A stretch of 64,000 nt of DNA from Candidatus Omnitrophota bacterium (GCA_903884815.1 CAISGE010000070.1:22080-86079); one strand, 5' to 3'. Shown: positions 19,393 through 29,705, counted from the first letter of the stretch. Made by a program: numbers and translations. Notes: generated from the sequence alone by a model not told the origin.

Positions 19393-19911
19393 TTAGGCTT
19401 TTCTTAAATTCCGCATTTCTTCACATTGCAGGACCTTTTCGAGGTCCAGATAGATCAAAATATCGTTGCCATGCGCCACTTGTCCTTTGGTGAAACCGGC
19501 AAGTTTTCCATGAAGGGTCGCGAGCGGTGCCTGGACCTCAGCTTCGTCGATCTCGAGGGTGTCTTGCACACGATCCACCCGGAGGCCAACCGCCTCGCCG
19601 CTCAGATCGGTCACTATGACACGGACTTCGTGGGACTTTCCCACAGGCTCCAGTCCGAAAAAATAATGCAGGTCGAGAATGCTGATGATCTCACCCCGGA
19701 GATTCGCGACGCCGATCACAAAAGAGGGGACATTCGGAACTCGGGTCGTCTCCGGCATTTTCATGACTTCCTTGGCCTGGCGGACATCGATGCAGTAATT
19801 CTCTTTACCGAGTGAAAAGACCAGCACCCGGTGAAACTTCTTATGGGTTACGTCCTCGTAAAGTGCATCCTCTTCGGGATCAATATAAATCTTGTCCTGA
19901 TCCCCGGTCAT
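19393..19911 (-). CDS. cheW: CheW adaptor
   Basis: VPNVPSFVIGVANLRGEII; start MTGDQ at 19911. Confidence 0.92.
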   Translation of the reverse strand: MTGDQDKIYIDPEEDALYEDVTHKKFHRVLVFSLGKENYCIDVRQAKEVMKMPETTRVPNVPSFVIGVANLRGEIISILDLHYFFGLEPVGKSHEVRVIVTDLSGEAVGLRVDRVQDTLEIDEAEVQAPLATLHGKLAGFTKGQVAHGNDILIYLDLEKVLQCEEMRNLRKA

Positions 19912-20375
19912 GGAGTGTCCTTTTTCTTGATCTCCACACGCTCGTGAACTTTTTGAAGCCCCTCGGACTCCTCGCCGCGCAAAAAGCCGGTGAGATCCAC
20001 CAGAAGCACGAGCTTTCCCTGCCACTTCGTCATCCCCATAAGATAGGCCGCGCTCTGGAGCAAGTCATCAGGTTTCGTGATGTCCTCTGGTTTGACCGTC
20101 ACCACGTCCCTCACCTGATCGACCAGGATGCCGGTCCAATGGTTCTGTATCGTGGTGACCACGATACGGTTCGAGGGAACTTCCTGGGATTTCATGCCAA
20201 GCTTTTTGCGGAGATTGATGAGGGGAATCACGCGGCCGCGAAGGCTGATCACGCCTTCGACAAAAGAGGCGGCCTCGGGCACAGGCGTCACTTTTCGTTT
20301 GCGGATGACTTCGCGGACCTGGGTAATATCCGCCCCGTAATCTTTTTCGCCGACCGAAAAAACGAGGATCTTCAT
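19908..20375 (-). CDS. cheW: CheW adaptor
   Basis: VPEAASFVEGVISLRGRVIP, GILVDQV. Confidence 0.92.
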   Translation of the reverse strand: MKILVFSVGEKDYGADITQVREVIRKRKVTPVPEAASFVEGVISLRGRVIPLINLRKKLGMKSQEVPSNRIVVTTIQNHWTGILVDQVRDVVTVKPEDITKPDDLLQSAAYLMGMTKWQGKLVLLVDLTGFLRGEESEGLQKVHERVEIKKKDTP

Positions 20376-21895
20376 CAGGACTCCAATTTCAAACGTTCCA
20401 GATTATCGCAGCAAACACTTTTTAGGGTGGCCAGGTTGAACCCGCTGCTTTGCAGGATCATCTGGCTTCTCGGACCGGGCGTTCCTTTGGCAAGCGCCGC
20501 CAGCGTGTTCCGGTACTCCCGGATAGCATCTCCCGTCCGTCCCTCGGTACGTAAGACCTGCGCCATATAAAAGCGGGCCATGACAAAATCCTTGTCGATA
20601 TAAAGCGCCCGGTTCAGATGCTCCTTGGACTCGGCGATCTTCCCCTCTTCAAGGTCCATGCAACCGAGAAGGTAATACGCCGGAGCAAAGAGCGAATCAA
20701 TCGCAAGGGCCTTCCTTAAACGGGCCTTCGCCTCTTCGTGGCGGTTCCGATTGGCACAAATATCCGCCGCCAGGTAGTGTATATCGGCCATCCGGGCCCC
20801 TTCTACAGAGACTTTTTCGATCAGGGCCAACGCCTTGCCATATTCCTTCAGATAGATGAAACGGAGGATCTGCTGACGCACCGACTCGAAATCTTCGGGC
20901 TTCAGCTCCACAGGGTCCTGCTGCTCAATGATAGACGTAAGAGCCGGAAGGGGTATCTCCTCTACGTATTCCTCGATCTCAGGCTCCGATTCCTTCGCCG
21001 TCCAGGACGGAAGGGACTTAGCTTCATCGGACTTACCGACGACTTTGCGGTAATAGATGCCGTCCTGCCAGCTGGCCATACGGAATTTATCTGTCAGGTA
21101 CTGCAGGCTCTCGGAATATCCGAGGAAAAGGTAGCCGGGATCGGTCATGGCCGCGGCGAAATCCTCCATAATCCTGATGGTCGTCTTTGTTTCAAAATAG
21201 ATCGTCACGTTGCGACAGAAGACGATATCTAAACAGGGAGGGTAAGGGTCCCCGACGAGATTCAGAAAACCAAAACGCACCATCCTCTTGATCTCTTCCG
21301 AGATCTTCCATTCTCCACTCTGTTTGGAACCGGCCACCTTTGTAAAATATTTACTGCGATACGGTTCTTCGACGAGGCGCATGGAGTTCTCGTTATAGAT
21401 GCCGCGTTTGGCCTTTTCCATGGCCTCGGAAGAAGCGTCCGTGGCAAGGATCTCAATATCCCAGTCCTCCGGATGAGGAATCGTTTTCATCAAGACCATC
21501 GCGATCGTGTAAGGTTCTTCCCCGGTAGAGCATCCCGCGCTCCAGATCCTGAGAAGCGGTTTTTTTCCATCCCGGCGTTCGAAAGTCTCGCCCATTTTCC
21601 GTTCGATCAGTTCCGGAAGCACTTTATCTTTGAGCGCCAGGAACTGCGGCTCATTACGGAAAAAATAGGTGTGATTGATGGTGAGAAGATTCAGGAGTTC
21701 GCGGAATTCACTTTCTTTCTCTTCGGAGGTCGTCAGATAAAGATAATAGGAGTGAACGGAATCAAAGCCCCGGGACATCATTCTCTGGCTCACTCCGGTC
21801 TCGAGATTGCGCAGGTCATGGTCCCGGAAGTAAAGACCGCAACGGTCGGCAATATGCGTCTTGATCTGATTGCGGAGGTCTTCCGGAAAGTTCAT
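20375..21895 (-). CDS. cheR: CheR methyltransferase with C-terminal TPR (WspC-like)
   Basis: TINHTYFFR, IWSAGCSTGEEPY, FCRNV, LGYSE, TPR repeats; start MNFPE at 21895. Confidence 0.93.
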   Translation of the reverse strand: MNFPEDLRNQIKTHIADRCGLYFRDHDLRNLETGVSQRMMSRGFDSVHSYYLYLTTSEEKESEFRELLNLLTINHTYFFRNEPQFLALKDKVLPELIERKMGETFERRDGKKPLLRIWSAGCSTGEEPYTIAMVLMKTIPHPEDWDIEILATDASSEAMEKAKRGIYNENSMRLVEEPYRSKYFTKVAGSKQSGEWKISEEIKRMVRFGFLNLVGDPYPPCLDIVFCRNVTIYFETKTTIRIMEDFAAAMTDPGYLFLGYSESLQYLTDKFRMASWQDGIYYRKVVGKSDEAKSLPSWTAKESEPEIEEYVEEIPLPALTSIIEQQDPVELKPEDFESVRQQILRFIYLKEYGKALALIEKVSVEGARMADIHYLAADICANRNRHEEAKARLRKALAIDSLFAPAYYLLGCMDLEEGKIAESKEHLNRALYIDKDFVMARFYMAQVLRTEGRTGDAIREYRNTLAALAKGTPGPRSQMILQSSGFNLATLKSVCCDNLERLKLES

Positions 21896-21927
21896 TCGGG
21901 GATGCGTTCTGTCTTGGTCATGAAAAT

Positions 21928-22257
21928 TCACTGCTTGGGGGCGTTGAAGGACTTGTTGAAATCTTGCAATTGTTGTTGAAACTGCTTCTGGATCTGCCGC
22001 GTCTTTTCCTGGAGCTGCCTGGCGAGCACATCCCATTGCTGCTGCAACGTCCTCAAAGTATCCTGGACTTCCGTTTCCACTTTCTTGGAGGTTTCGGTCA
22101 CCTTCATAGCTCCGGTCGAAAGGCTTTCGTCGGCCGTCCCCTTCAACTCCCGGGCGGCCTCACCCGCCTGAGAGCCCAGAGAACTCTGGTCATCGGCATA
22201 GAGTCCTCCTCCCAGGATTCCCATCGCAAGCATCAAGAGTGCCAGCATCCGCTTCAT
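21928..22257 (-). CDS. Small secreted coiled-coil protein
   Basis: Signal peptide MKRMLALLMLAMGILGGGLYA, Gln-rich helix. Confidence 0.75.
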   Translation of the reverse strand: MKRMLALLMLAMGILGGGLYADDQSSLGSQAGEAARELKGTADESLSTGAMKVTETSKKVETEVQDTLRTLQQQWDVLARQLQEKTRQIQKQFQQQLQDFNKSFNAPKQ

Positions 22258-22340
22258 ATTCGCCCCTCTGGTTATAACCGGGTACGTGTAGGGATCACAG
22301 CATCGATGTTTTCGAGCAACGCCTTACGCCTTGCGCCGTA

Positions 22341-23132
22341 CTAGCCTTTATAGTACCTTTCCGCCTCGGGGATCTCCTTTTGGATATCCGCTACCCGGCG
22401 CGAATCAGCGGGATGGGTCGAAAGAAGCTCCGGCGGTTTTGCCCCTCCCAAAGCGCTCATCCGCTCCCAAAAGGCAACGGCGGTCTTAGGATCGTAACCC
22501 GCCCGCGCCATCAGAATCAAACCAATATGATCCGCCTCGGACTCGTGGCTGCGGCTGTACGGTAAAAGGATGGCGTACTGGGTCCCGGTGCCATAGGCCT
22601 GCATCAGGATCTGCTGCGCAAGAGCCGGCTTCGATTTTGTGAGCTGCGCAAGTCCCATCCCACCCGCCTGAACCACGAGCTCCTGGCTCATGCGCTCGCC
22701 GCCGTGATTCGCAATCGCGTGCGCCACCTCATGGCTCATCACGGTCGCGAGCCCGTTCTCATCCTGGACGACCGGCAATATCCCGGTATAGACCACGATC
22801 TTCCCCCCGGGCATGCAAAAGGCGTTGACGGTCTTGGGATCCTCGATCAGGTTGAATTCCCACTTATAATTAGCCAGATCCTTTTCCATCCCATTCTCTT
22901 TCATGAAAGTCTCCGCCGAGGTCGCGATTTTCTGGCCCACGTCGGTAACCTTCTGCTTCGATGCTGCATCGGTCGAAAGGGTGGCCTTGCTCAAAACATC
23001 TTTGTACCCCTGATCGCTCAAGGTCATAAGTTCCCCTTGGGGGATAAAAGAAAGTTGCTTGCGTCCTGTGATGGGAACCGTGGAACAGCCGATGAGGAAT
23101 AAAAGTGCGGCAAGGCGGGCAATTTTTTTCAC
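22341..23132 (-). CDS. M48 family zinc metallopeptidase lipoprotein
   Basis: Lipobox LIGC, NAFCMPGG, HEVAH, ESEADHIG, LSTHP; GTG start at 23132 with GGAG RBS. Confidence 0.93.
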   Translation of the reverse strand: MKKIARLAALLFLIGCSTVPITGRKQLSFIPQGELMTLSDQGYKDVLSKATLSTDAASKQKVTDVGQKIATSAETFMKENGMEKDLANYKWEFNLIEDPKTVNAFCMPGGKIVVYTGILPVVQDENGLATVMSHEVAHAIANHGGERMSQELVVQAGGMGLAQLTKSKPALAQQILMQAYGTGTQYAILLPYSRSHESEADHIGLILMARAGYDPKTAVAFWERMSALGGAKPPELLSTHPADSRRVADIQKEIPEAERYYKG

Positions 23133-23233
23133 AGTGCATCTCCGTTCATGTGAAGAAGATACGATTTTGGACATTCTCTATTACGAGTGCATATTATACA
23201 ATACGCTTCATTCATCAGGAGAGCAAAATTCAT

Positions 23234-24580
23234 ATGAATTTCCAGCGAAGAGCCGATCGTTCCCTAAGCCTTTTCCTGGCTCTCACTCTTGTTTTTTCCG
23301 GCTGCGTCCACTACCACCCTCGAACCTCGGAGAGGGGGTCTTTTATGAAGCGAGCGCAGACCCAGACCCAGGATGGCGTAACGGTCACTTTGGCGGTCCT
23401 GAGCAATAAAGAAGCGAAAAAATTCTTCGGCACTTCCCTAGCCAAAAGAGAGATCCAACCGGTCTGGCTTGAGATCGACAACCGCAGCAAAATCCCTTAT
23501 TTCCTGATCCCGAGAAACATGGACCCCAACTATTACTCGGCCGAAGAAGCCACCTACCGGGCTCATTTCCGACAAACCCGTCAGTTCCTGGAGGCAGGTC
23601 TCATCGCGATCTTCTTTTTCCCGGCTCTCGCCATGATCCCTGTCAATTATTTCATGATACGCAGGGCCAATCATAAGATGGACAAGGTCTTTGAGGATGT
23701 CTCCATGCATCGCTTCGCGATCATGCCGGGAGAAACACATTCAGGATTCCTTTACACCTCTGTGGACCAGGGCACGAAGCACGTCAAGGTCGACCTGCTC
23801 GGGGAAGGAACACGCAAGATCTTTGATTTTGTCGTCCCGATCCCGGGGATCAAGCCCGATTACACCACCAAAGACCTCGCGGATCGCTATCCGGGTGTAA
23901 AGAACGTGGATTACCTCGAAAAAGAATTGCCCGAACAGCTCGCCAAGATTCCCAGCTGTACAACGGACAAAAAAGGAAAACACAACGGGGACCCGATCAA
24001 CTTGATCGTGATCGGAGAACTCGAGGACCTGGTCACCATCTTCACATCCGCCGGTTGGGATGAAACCTCTTCTCTGACGATGGGTTCAGGATTCGCGATG
24101 GCCAAGGCTTTTTTTACGGGAGATAACGACCGCTATTCTCCCATCAGTCCCCTTTACTATGAAGGGCACTCCCATGACATCGCCTTTCAAAAAAACCGCG
24201 GGAATATCAACCAACGGCTTCACTTCCGTCTCTGGTACACCCCCATGCGTTATGAGAAGAAACCGGTATGGGTGGGTGCCATCAGCCGGGATATCGGCGT
24301 AAAATTCACTCTCAAGACATGGTACATGACGACGCACAGGATCGATCAGAATGTGGATGACTCACGTGATTATCTCCTGGAGGATCTCATGGAGGCGCAA
24401 AAGGTCTCAAGATATGCATTCATCGAAAACAAGGCCCTTGGAGCGACCTCAAAACCGCGAAAAAACCTTACGAATGACCCTTACTTCACGGATGGCCGAC
24501 GACTCGTGATCGAGATCTCCACAGAGGTCAGCCAGCTCAAGTCTTTCGGGTGGGGTACAAAAGCGGAAGCTGTTCTTTAA
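23234..24580 (+). CDS. LssY C-terminal-domain-like lipoprotein
   Basis: Lipobox FSGC; GDPINLIVIG, RLHFRLW, WVGAISRDIG, THRID, YFTDG. Confidence 0.75.
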   Translation: MNFQRRADRSLSLFLALTLVFSGCVHYHPRTSERGSFMKRAQTQTQDGVTVTLAVLSNKEAKKFFGTSLAKREIQPVWLEIDNRSKIPYFLIPRNMDPNYYSAEEATYRAHFRQTRQFLEAGLIAIFFFPALAMIPVNYFMIRRANHKMDKVFEDVSMHRFAIMPGETHSGFLYTSVDQGTKHVKVDLLGEGTRKIFDFVVPIPGIKPDYTTKDLADRYPGVKNVDYLEKELPEQLAKIPSCTTDKKGKHNGDPINLIVIGELEDLVTIFTSAGWDETSSLTMGSGFAMAKAFFTGDNDRYSPISPLYYEGHSHDIAFQKNRGNINQRLHFRLWYTPMRYEKKPVWVGAISRDIGVKFTLKTWYMTTHRIDQNVDDSRDYLLEDLMEAQKVSRYAFIENKALGATSKPRKNLTNDPYFTDGRRLVIEISTEVSQLKSFGWGTKAEAVL

Positions 24581-24614
24581 GTCCATTTTCCCGATTCTAA
24601 TTCCCCCGGAAGAC

Positions 24615-24652
24615 AAAAAAAAGGCCCGGCAGCTTTCGCTACCGGGCCTTTT
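24615..24652. terminator. Bidirectional intrinsic terminator
   Basis: A8-GGCCCGG...CCGGGCC-T4 between convergent genes. Confidence 0.85.
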
Positions 24653-24667
24653 CACCTAAGTTGTGCC

Positions 24668-24868
24668 TTAGATCTTCACAACGTTGGAGGCTTGTTCGCC
24701 TTTGGGGCCCTGGGTCACATCGAACTCAACCGAAGCGCCTTCTTCCAAAGACTTGTATCCCTCGCCCTGAATCGCGGTGTGATGAACGAACACATCAGCA
24801 CCACCCTCGCGGGAGATGAATCCATAGCCCTTTGAATTGTTAAACCACTTCACTTTTCCTTGTACCAT
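24668..24868 (-). CDS. cspA: Cold-shock protein
   Basis: GKVKWFN..KGYGFI, DVFVHH, GPKG; AAGGAG RBS. Confidence 0.95.
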   Translation of the reverse strand: MVQGKVKWFNNSKGYGFISREGGADVFVHHTAIQGEGYKSLEEGASVEFDVTQGPKGEQASNVVKI

Positions 24869-25002
24869 GATTGATTTTGCTCCTTTCACTTGAATTATAG
24901 TAACGCATGACAAGTTCAACCTTCACTACGGTGCAAAAATCAACCTGGTGCAGTTGGAACTAGCCCGCTTTGTTGTCCCCTTCCGGGGTTTGAAAACAGG
25001 GT

Positions 25003-25044
25003 AAAAACAAAAAAAACCGCAAGGCAAACATTCGACCTTGCGGT
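25003..25044 (-). terminator. Terminator-like hairpin inside the csp 5' leader
   Basis: ACCGCAAGG/CCTTGCGGT stem followed by a long U tract on the minus strand. Confidence 0.6.
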
Positions 25045-25080
25045 ACAAATCATGTTCTACCTCTTGCTTACTACACCAGG

Positions 25081-25109
25081 AATATGCATCATCCCGCTCT
25101 TTTTGTCAA
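25081..25109 (-). promoter_or_regulatory. Sigma-70 promoter for csp
   Basis: TTGACA-N17-CATATT. Confidence 0.6.
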
Positions 25110-25143
25110 ATTTTATTTGAGAGTTTTAAGCCATTCGTATTAC

Positions 25144-25178
25144 AAAAAAAGAGGAGACGGCATAAGCCGTCCCCTCTT
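25144..25178 (-). terminator. Intrinsic terminator of the lipoprotein gene
   Basis: GAGGGGACGGC/GCCGTCTCCTC stem plus T7. Confidence 0.8.
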
Positions 25179-25198
25179 CTCACAATCCTTGAAAATTT

Positions 25199-25768
25199 CT
25201 ACTGCGCAGCCACAGCATTCACGGAATCTGCCGCCACCGGTTCCGTAACCGCCTCCGCGCCACCTTCCGCCATATCGGTCGCAACAGTTTTCACTTCATC
25301 AACATTACTGGCCACAGGCGCAGTCTCTGCCACAATGGGCTCAGAAACCACCGCTTGAGCCGCGCCGCCAACAACCTCAGTTCCCGCGACAGGTTCCGTC
25401 ACAACGGGTACGGCTTTGGTAACGACCCCCGCCTGCTCAGCGACGCTGGACTTCACATTATCAAGCACAGCACCGGCATCCGCCTTAACTCCTTCGGTCG
25501 CCACGGTCGTATCCGTCACCTGGTCCTGCGACGTTTTGACAGCCTGAGCCGCCTCATCCGCCGCGAGCTTTGCATTTACTTCAGCCTGGGCCCGGGCTTG
25601 GTCGGCGAGTTTCTGCGCATCATCCGTGACCTGCGCGATGTGATCCACCAGAGGCTGCTGCACAGCAACGCTTGCCTGCTCCTGGATAGGTTGTTCTGAT
25701 CTTGAACAGCCTGACAGAACTCCCATGGTCAACGCCAACACCATACAAACGATCAGCACCTTCTTCAT
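25199..25768 (-). CDS. Ala/Val/Glu-rich low-complexity lipoprotein
   Basis: MKKVLIVCMVLALTMGVLSGC lipobox, AAGGAG RBS, repeated EPV units. Confidence 0.8.
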   Translation of the reverse strand: MKKVLIVCMVLALTMGVLSGCSRSEQPIQEQASVAVQQPLVDHIAQVTDDAQKLADQARAQAEVNAKLAADEAAQAVKTSQDQVTDTTVATEGVKADAGAVLDNVKSSVAEQAGVVTKAVPVVTEPVAGTEVVGGAAQAVVSEPIVAETAPVASNVDEVKTVATDMAEGGAEAVTEPVAADSVNAVAAQ

Positions 25769-26042
25769 GGTCTTTCTCCTTTGTTTAATTACAAACCTAA
25801 GCGAGCGATTCTCCGGAACGAACAGCCTAAAAAGGCAGAGGCAAATCATCCAATGCTGTCATAGGCTAACCGATATTTTTTGATATTCAAAGACTTTTCC
25901 GGATTCTCCGGCGCGGGGAAAGCCCCCCTCGATCCATCACTCCAATCCGCTGAAAGAATTTAATCCCAGGCGAGATGAGACGGGTATATAATCCCCGTGT
26001 CCCCCTAGAAAACACTGAGAGCATCTTTAACATCGAAGGAAC

Positions 26043-27047
26043 ATGACCGTGACCACTCGCCGGGAGAAACTACGGAAGAGATTTGCCGCATTCCGTGCTA
26101 AATTCGCGGGCCATTTACTCAGAACTCACCCGCGGGTCATCTTGAAGATCCTTGCCGGCACCCTTCTCTTATTTCCCTGGCTTGTTGTCTCACTCCTCAT
26201 GAGTTTCTCCCGGGTCGCGCACTGGCGCAAGATCTCGGTCTGCAAGGATTTTCTCAAACGACACGCACTCGCTTTCGACGGCGTGGATCGTGAATCTCTA
26301 ACCGTTGAATCCGTCTCGGGCGGAGTCAGTAACTCCAATCAGATCTGGCACTGCCATAAATCCAATGGTGAAGAGATCCGTTTTTTCGTAAAGATCTTTC
26401 TCGCGGCCGGCAGCTTCTGGGCCAAACACCTCGCCTTTGTCAGCCCCTTCCCCGCCATTTACGGCGGAAAAACCCATGAGCGCTTCACGGTGGATATGGT
26501 CAGCCGCGTTCAACTCACCGAGCTTGGCGTCCCGGTCCCCCGCCTCATCGCCTACGACGCTGTCGAAAAAGTCATGGTCACGGAACATATCGTGGGCGAG
26601 ACCGTGGATTCGATCTTGGAGCGGATCGGCGTGCGCCAAACGCTTGGACCCGGTGATGAAGCTGTGATACGGCAGTCCGCGATCGGCCTGGCCAGGATCC
26701 ACCGGGCGGGCTATTCGCTTATCGACACGCAACCCGTCAACTGCATCTGGGTACCGGTAGAGCAGAAGGTCTATTTCACGGATCTGGAATTCTGCGGCCG
26801 CCAGGACAAACGCGTATGGGATATCGGATTCTTCCTGTGCTTTATCGCGGTCAGGCTCTCAGGAAGCGTGAGACAAGAAGTCCGCAGTCTCTTTCTCGAA
26901 AGCTACAAGAATGAACATAAGATCGACCTTGCCAGCGTCTCAGAAGCCGGCGCCCAATTGCAGGAATACATGCCTATTTTCCAGGCCATCCTCGACATCC
27001 GCAGCTTCACCCCGGAAGAACTTTTCGAAGGCCTTATCGCCCCCTGA
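26043..27047 (+). CDS. Protein-kinase-like fold phosphotransferase (Kdo/RIO/Bud32-like) with an N-terminal TM
   Basis: SGGVSN loop, FVK, GVPVPRL, RIHRAG..DTQPVN, FTDLE. Confidence 0.7.
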   Translation: MTVTTRREKLRKRFAAFRAKFAGHLLRTHPRVILKILAGTLLLFPWLVVSLLMSFSRVAHWRKISVCKDFLKRHALAFDGVDRESLTVESVSGGVSNSNQIWHCHKSNGEEIRFFVKIFLAAGSFWAKHLAFVSPFPAIYGGKTHERFTVDMVSRVQLTELGVPVPRLIAYDAVEKVMVTEHIVGETVDSILERIGVRQTLGPGDEAVIRQSAIGLARIHRAGYSLIDTQPVNCIWVPVEQKVYFTDLEFCGRQDKRVWDIGFFLCFIAVRLSGSVRQEVRSLFLESYKNEHKIDLASVSEAGAQLQEYMPIFQAILDIRSFTPEELFEGLIAP

Positions 27048-27154
27048 GTCTCCGCCTTAGGATAACGCTCCTGCCCGGGAGTCCCCGGCCCCGAAAATAG
27101 TCCCTTTACCTTTTCCATCCGTTCGAGGATGGACCGCAAAGACTGGAGAAGGGG

Positions 27155-28255
27155 CTACTGGATTACTGTCTTTTGAAGCTCAGGCGCTTCCAGAAGACTC
27201 CCGTAATGAAAAACAGCGCAGAGGCCCGCCCCGGACGCTTCACAAGACTGGAATTCTTTTTTAAAAATCCCGGGTAATTTCAGCAATTTGTAGGCCCCGA
27301 CCCCAAAGTACAATTTGTGAAGATCCGTGACTTTGCTTTGGGCGACCGCGTTCCACCGTCCATATTCCCCCGGGTCCGCGGAATAATTCATCACCGTCAC
27401 AAAATCCACAACTCCCGTGTTGATCCAGGAAGGCCAGTCCTGAAAAGCTTCATAAAGCGCGCGAGAATAGGACATACATCCGGTCGATGACACCTGGATC
27501 GTGGGGCGGATTTTATGCGCGGTCTTGACCAAAAGCTTTAGGAGTTCTGTTACCTGCGCGCGCTTCCAGTCTTTCCAGATCTTGCTTTCCTCTTCGATGG
27601 TCTGAAGCCCTGTCGCTTTCTTGAAGCGAGTTATGTTGATCTCCGTGTAGCCATACCGGGGATGGCTGTCCGGATAGCGGATATAATCAAACTGGATGCC
27701 ATCCAATCGCGGGTGGGCCCCAAGGATCTCCCCGACCATGGCGACAAGCTCCTTGCCTACCCGGGGGTCCCCGGGTTCCAAAAAATACTGATTGTCAATT
27801 TTGTAATCTGCGAGGGTCTTCTTGGTGTCAAGATTCCGGGTCAGAATACTGGGCCCGTATTTCTTGAGGAGTGGGGCATTCTCGTTCGTGCTCAGCGTCA
27901 GGACATTGAGCCAGGCATGCACCTCGATCCCCTCCCGGTGCGCCTCGCGAATGAGAAACTCCAGAGGATCCTCTCCCAAAGCCTTGACGGCCGCATCGTA
28001 GGCGACAACATCACCGATTTTGGAGGGGAACCAGGCCTGGTTGGCGCGATAAATCTGCACAAAAAGGATCCCCACTTGGGCCTTCTTTGCAAAAGCAACC
28101 AACGCCAGCATGTCTTGACGACTTGAAAGTGTCGGTGGACTCTGGATCAGAGAAACAAAAAGGCCGCGCCGCGGAACTTTCGTGCTCCATGCCGGGGACG
28201 TAAAAAGAAAAAGGCTCAGCGCGCATAGAAAGAGAACGAGTATATTTTTTTTCAT
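27155..28255 (-). CDS. Secreted glycosyl hydrolase-like 10 (GHL10) family protein
   Basis: Signal peptide; DPLEFLIREAH..GIEVHAW, DGIQFDYIRYP, QDWPSW. Confidence 0.8.
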   Translation of the reverse strand: MKKNILVLFLCALSLFLFTSPAWSTKVPRRGLFVSLIQSPPTLSSRQDMLALVAFAKKAQVGILFVQIYRANQAWFPSKIGDVVAYDAAVKALGEDPLEFLIREAHREGIEVHAWLNVLTLSTNENAPLLKKYGPSILTRNLDTKKTLADYKIDNQYFLEPGDPRVGKELVAMVGEILGAHPRLDGIQFDYIRYPDSHPRYGYTEINITRFKKATGLQTIEEESKIWKDWKRAQVTELLKLLVKTAHKIRPTIQVSSTGCMSYSRALYEAFQDWPSWINTGVVDFVTVMNYSADPGEYGRWNAVAQSKVTDLHKLYFGVGAYKLLKLPGIFKKEFQSCEASGAGLCAVFHYGSLLEAPELQKTVIQ

Positions 28256-28274
28256 GGAATAGGGCGAGACCACT

Positions 28275-29687
28275 CTAAGCGCCGCTGCGGATCACTTGAA
28301 TGAAAGCATTCACCACATCGGAGCGGAATTGGGTACCACTTACACGATTCAATTCGACAATGGCGGCTTCCATCTTGACAGAGACTCGATAAGGGCGCGT
28401 CGAAGTCATGGCGTCATAGGCGTCCGCGATCCCCACGATCTGGGACGACAGATCGATCTCGTCCCCCTTGAGCCCATCGGGATATCCTTTCCCGTCGACG
28501 CGTTCATGATGGGAGCGGATCACCCGAAGCAGCTCTTCATCGAGCACCGACTTCAGGATTTTCTCGCCTGTCGCGGGATGATCCCGGAGGGCCTGCCATT
28601 CCGAGTCCTCCAATTTTTCTTTCTTGGTCAGAATACTTTCATGGATCATGAGCTTCCCGATATCGTGAAGTTCGGCGACGTAGCGGAGCAGTTCGGCCTT
28701 ATCCAACTCCATCCCGAGCTTTAAGGCTGTCTTGTAACTGAGTTCCGCCACGCGCGCGGAATGGCCCTGGGTGTAGGGATCTTTGGCTTCAAGGGCACGC
28801 ACAAGCGAATGAGTAACTTTAAAAAAATAATCCCGCAGGCGCTCGCGCGATTCTCTGAGCTTTCCCGCCATAATATTGAAGGAATGGGCAAGCTCCCCGA
28901 TCTCATCGCGGGAAGTAAGCTTCACCCGATAGTCCAGATTTCCCGCGCTTAATTGACGCGTTCCCTCCACAAGGCGTCGCACGGGCCCTGAAACGCTTTC
29001 CGAGATCAAAATCCCAAGAACGCAACAAATCAGGATCCCTATAAGAAATACCACCAACATGCGCCGCTTAAGTTCGTCCTGCATCCGGCCTATGTCGTCG
29101 GCCATGATATCCACACCCAGGATCGCCACCGTCTTTCCCGACCGATCCAGAATGGGCGCATACCCCGATAACGTCATCCCCCAAGCATCATGTTCCACGG
29201 CCCGATCCGAAGTGGCGGACATGAATCCCTGTATCATTTCAGGAAAAGCGCGCGCGTCGTATAGATCGCCGGGCCGCGCCGGTTTTCTTTTCCTGTAAGC
29301 CCGGCGCCCGCGGTCGGAGGAAGATTCGACATCGACCAGAAAACGAAGGGCCCCCTCGGTTTCAGTCTTCGAAAGGATGTAGATGTATTGGAGGGGCTCG
29401 TTCATATCAAGAATCTTAATAAGATGCCGGGCGACTTCCCGATACGCGGGGCTTTGAACTCCTCCCCTCTCCATCGGGATCTCCCGAAGATTCTCGGGAT
29501 TAACCGCTACAGCGGCCGTTCCGGCAATCACTTTGAGGAAATTGCGCAATTGCTCGAACTGGGTATTGAGTTCACCTTTGAGAGTGTAAAAATTATGCAA
29601 TCCCATGACCAAGACCATCGCAAGGATCAAAACGAGCGTCACCTTGGTCTTAAAACTGTAAAAAAACGCGTGCCGCATCATCAACAC
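28275..29687 (-). CDS. Membrane HAMP + HD-GYP cyclic-dinucleotide phosphodiesterase
   Basis: Two TMs, HAMP, KDPYTQGHS, LHDIGK, HHERVDGKGYPDG, DAYDAMTSTRPYR. Confidence 0.92.
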   Translation of the reverse strand: MLMMRHAFFYSFKTKVTLVLILAMVLVMGLHNFYTLKGELNTQFEQLRNFLKVIAGTAAVAVNPENLREIPMERGGVQSPAYREVARHLIKILDMNEPLQYIYILSKTETEGALRFLVDVESSSDRGRRAYRKRKPARPGDLYDARAFPEMIQGFMSATSDRAVEHDAWGMTLSGYAPILDRSGKTVAILGVDIMADDIGRMQDELKRRMLVVFLIGILICCVLGILISESVSGPVRRLVEGTRQLSAGNLDYRVKLTSRDEIGELAHSFNIMAGKLRESRERLRDYFFKVTHSLVRALEAKDPYTQGHSARVAELSYKTALKLGMELDKAELLRYVAELHDIGKLMIHESILTKKEKLEDSEWQALRDHPATGEKILKSVLDEELLRVIRSHHERVDGKGYPDGLKGDEIDLSSQIVGIADAYDAMTSTRPYRVSVKMEAAIVELNRVSGTQFRSDVVNAFIQVIRSGA

Positions 29688-29705
29688 CTCACGTGGAAGA
29701 AATCC

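Noticed and set aside
13036-21895. Flagellar chemotaxis operon
   Set aside because: No stand-alone CheY, CheZ/CheX or flagellar genes; the architecture is Wsp-like
25010-25050. c-di-GMP-I riboswitch (GGCAAAC seen)
   Set aside because: No second stem or other conserved elements, and the wrong strand for csp; better explained as a terminator hairpin
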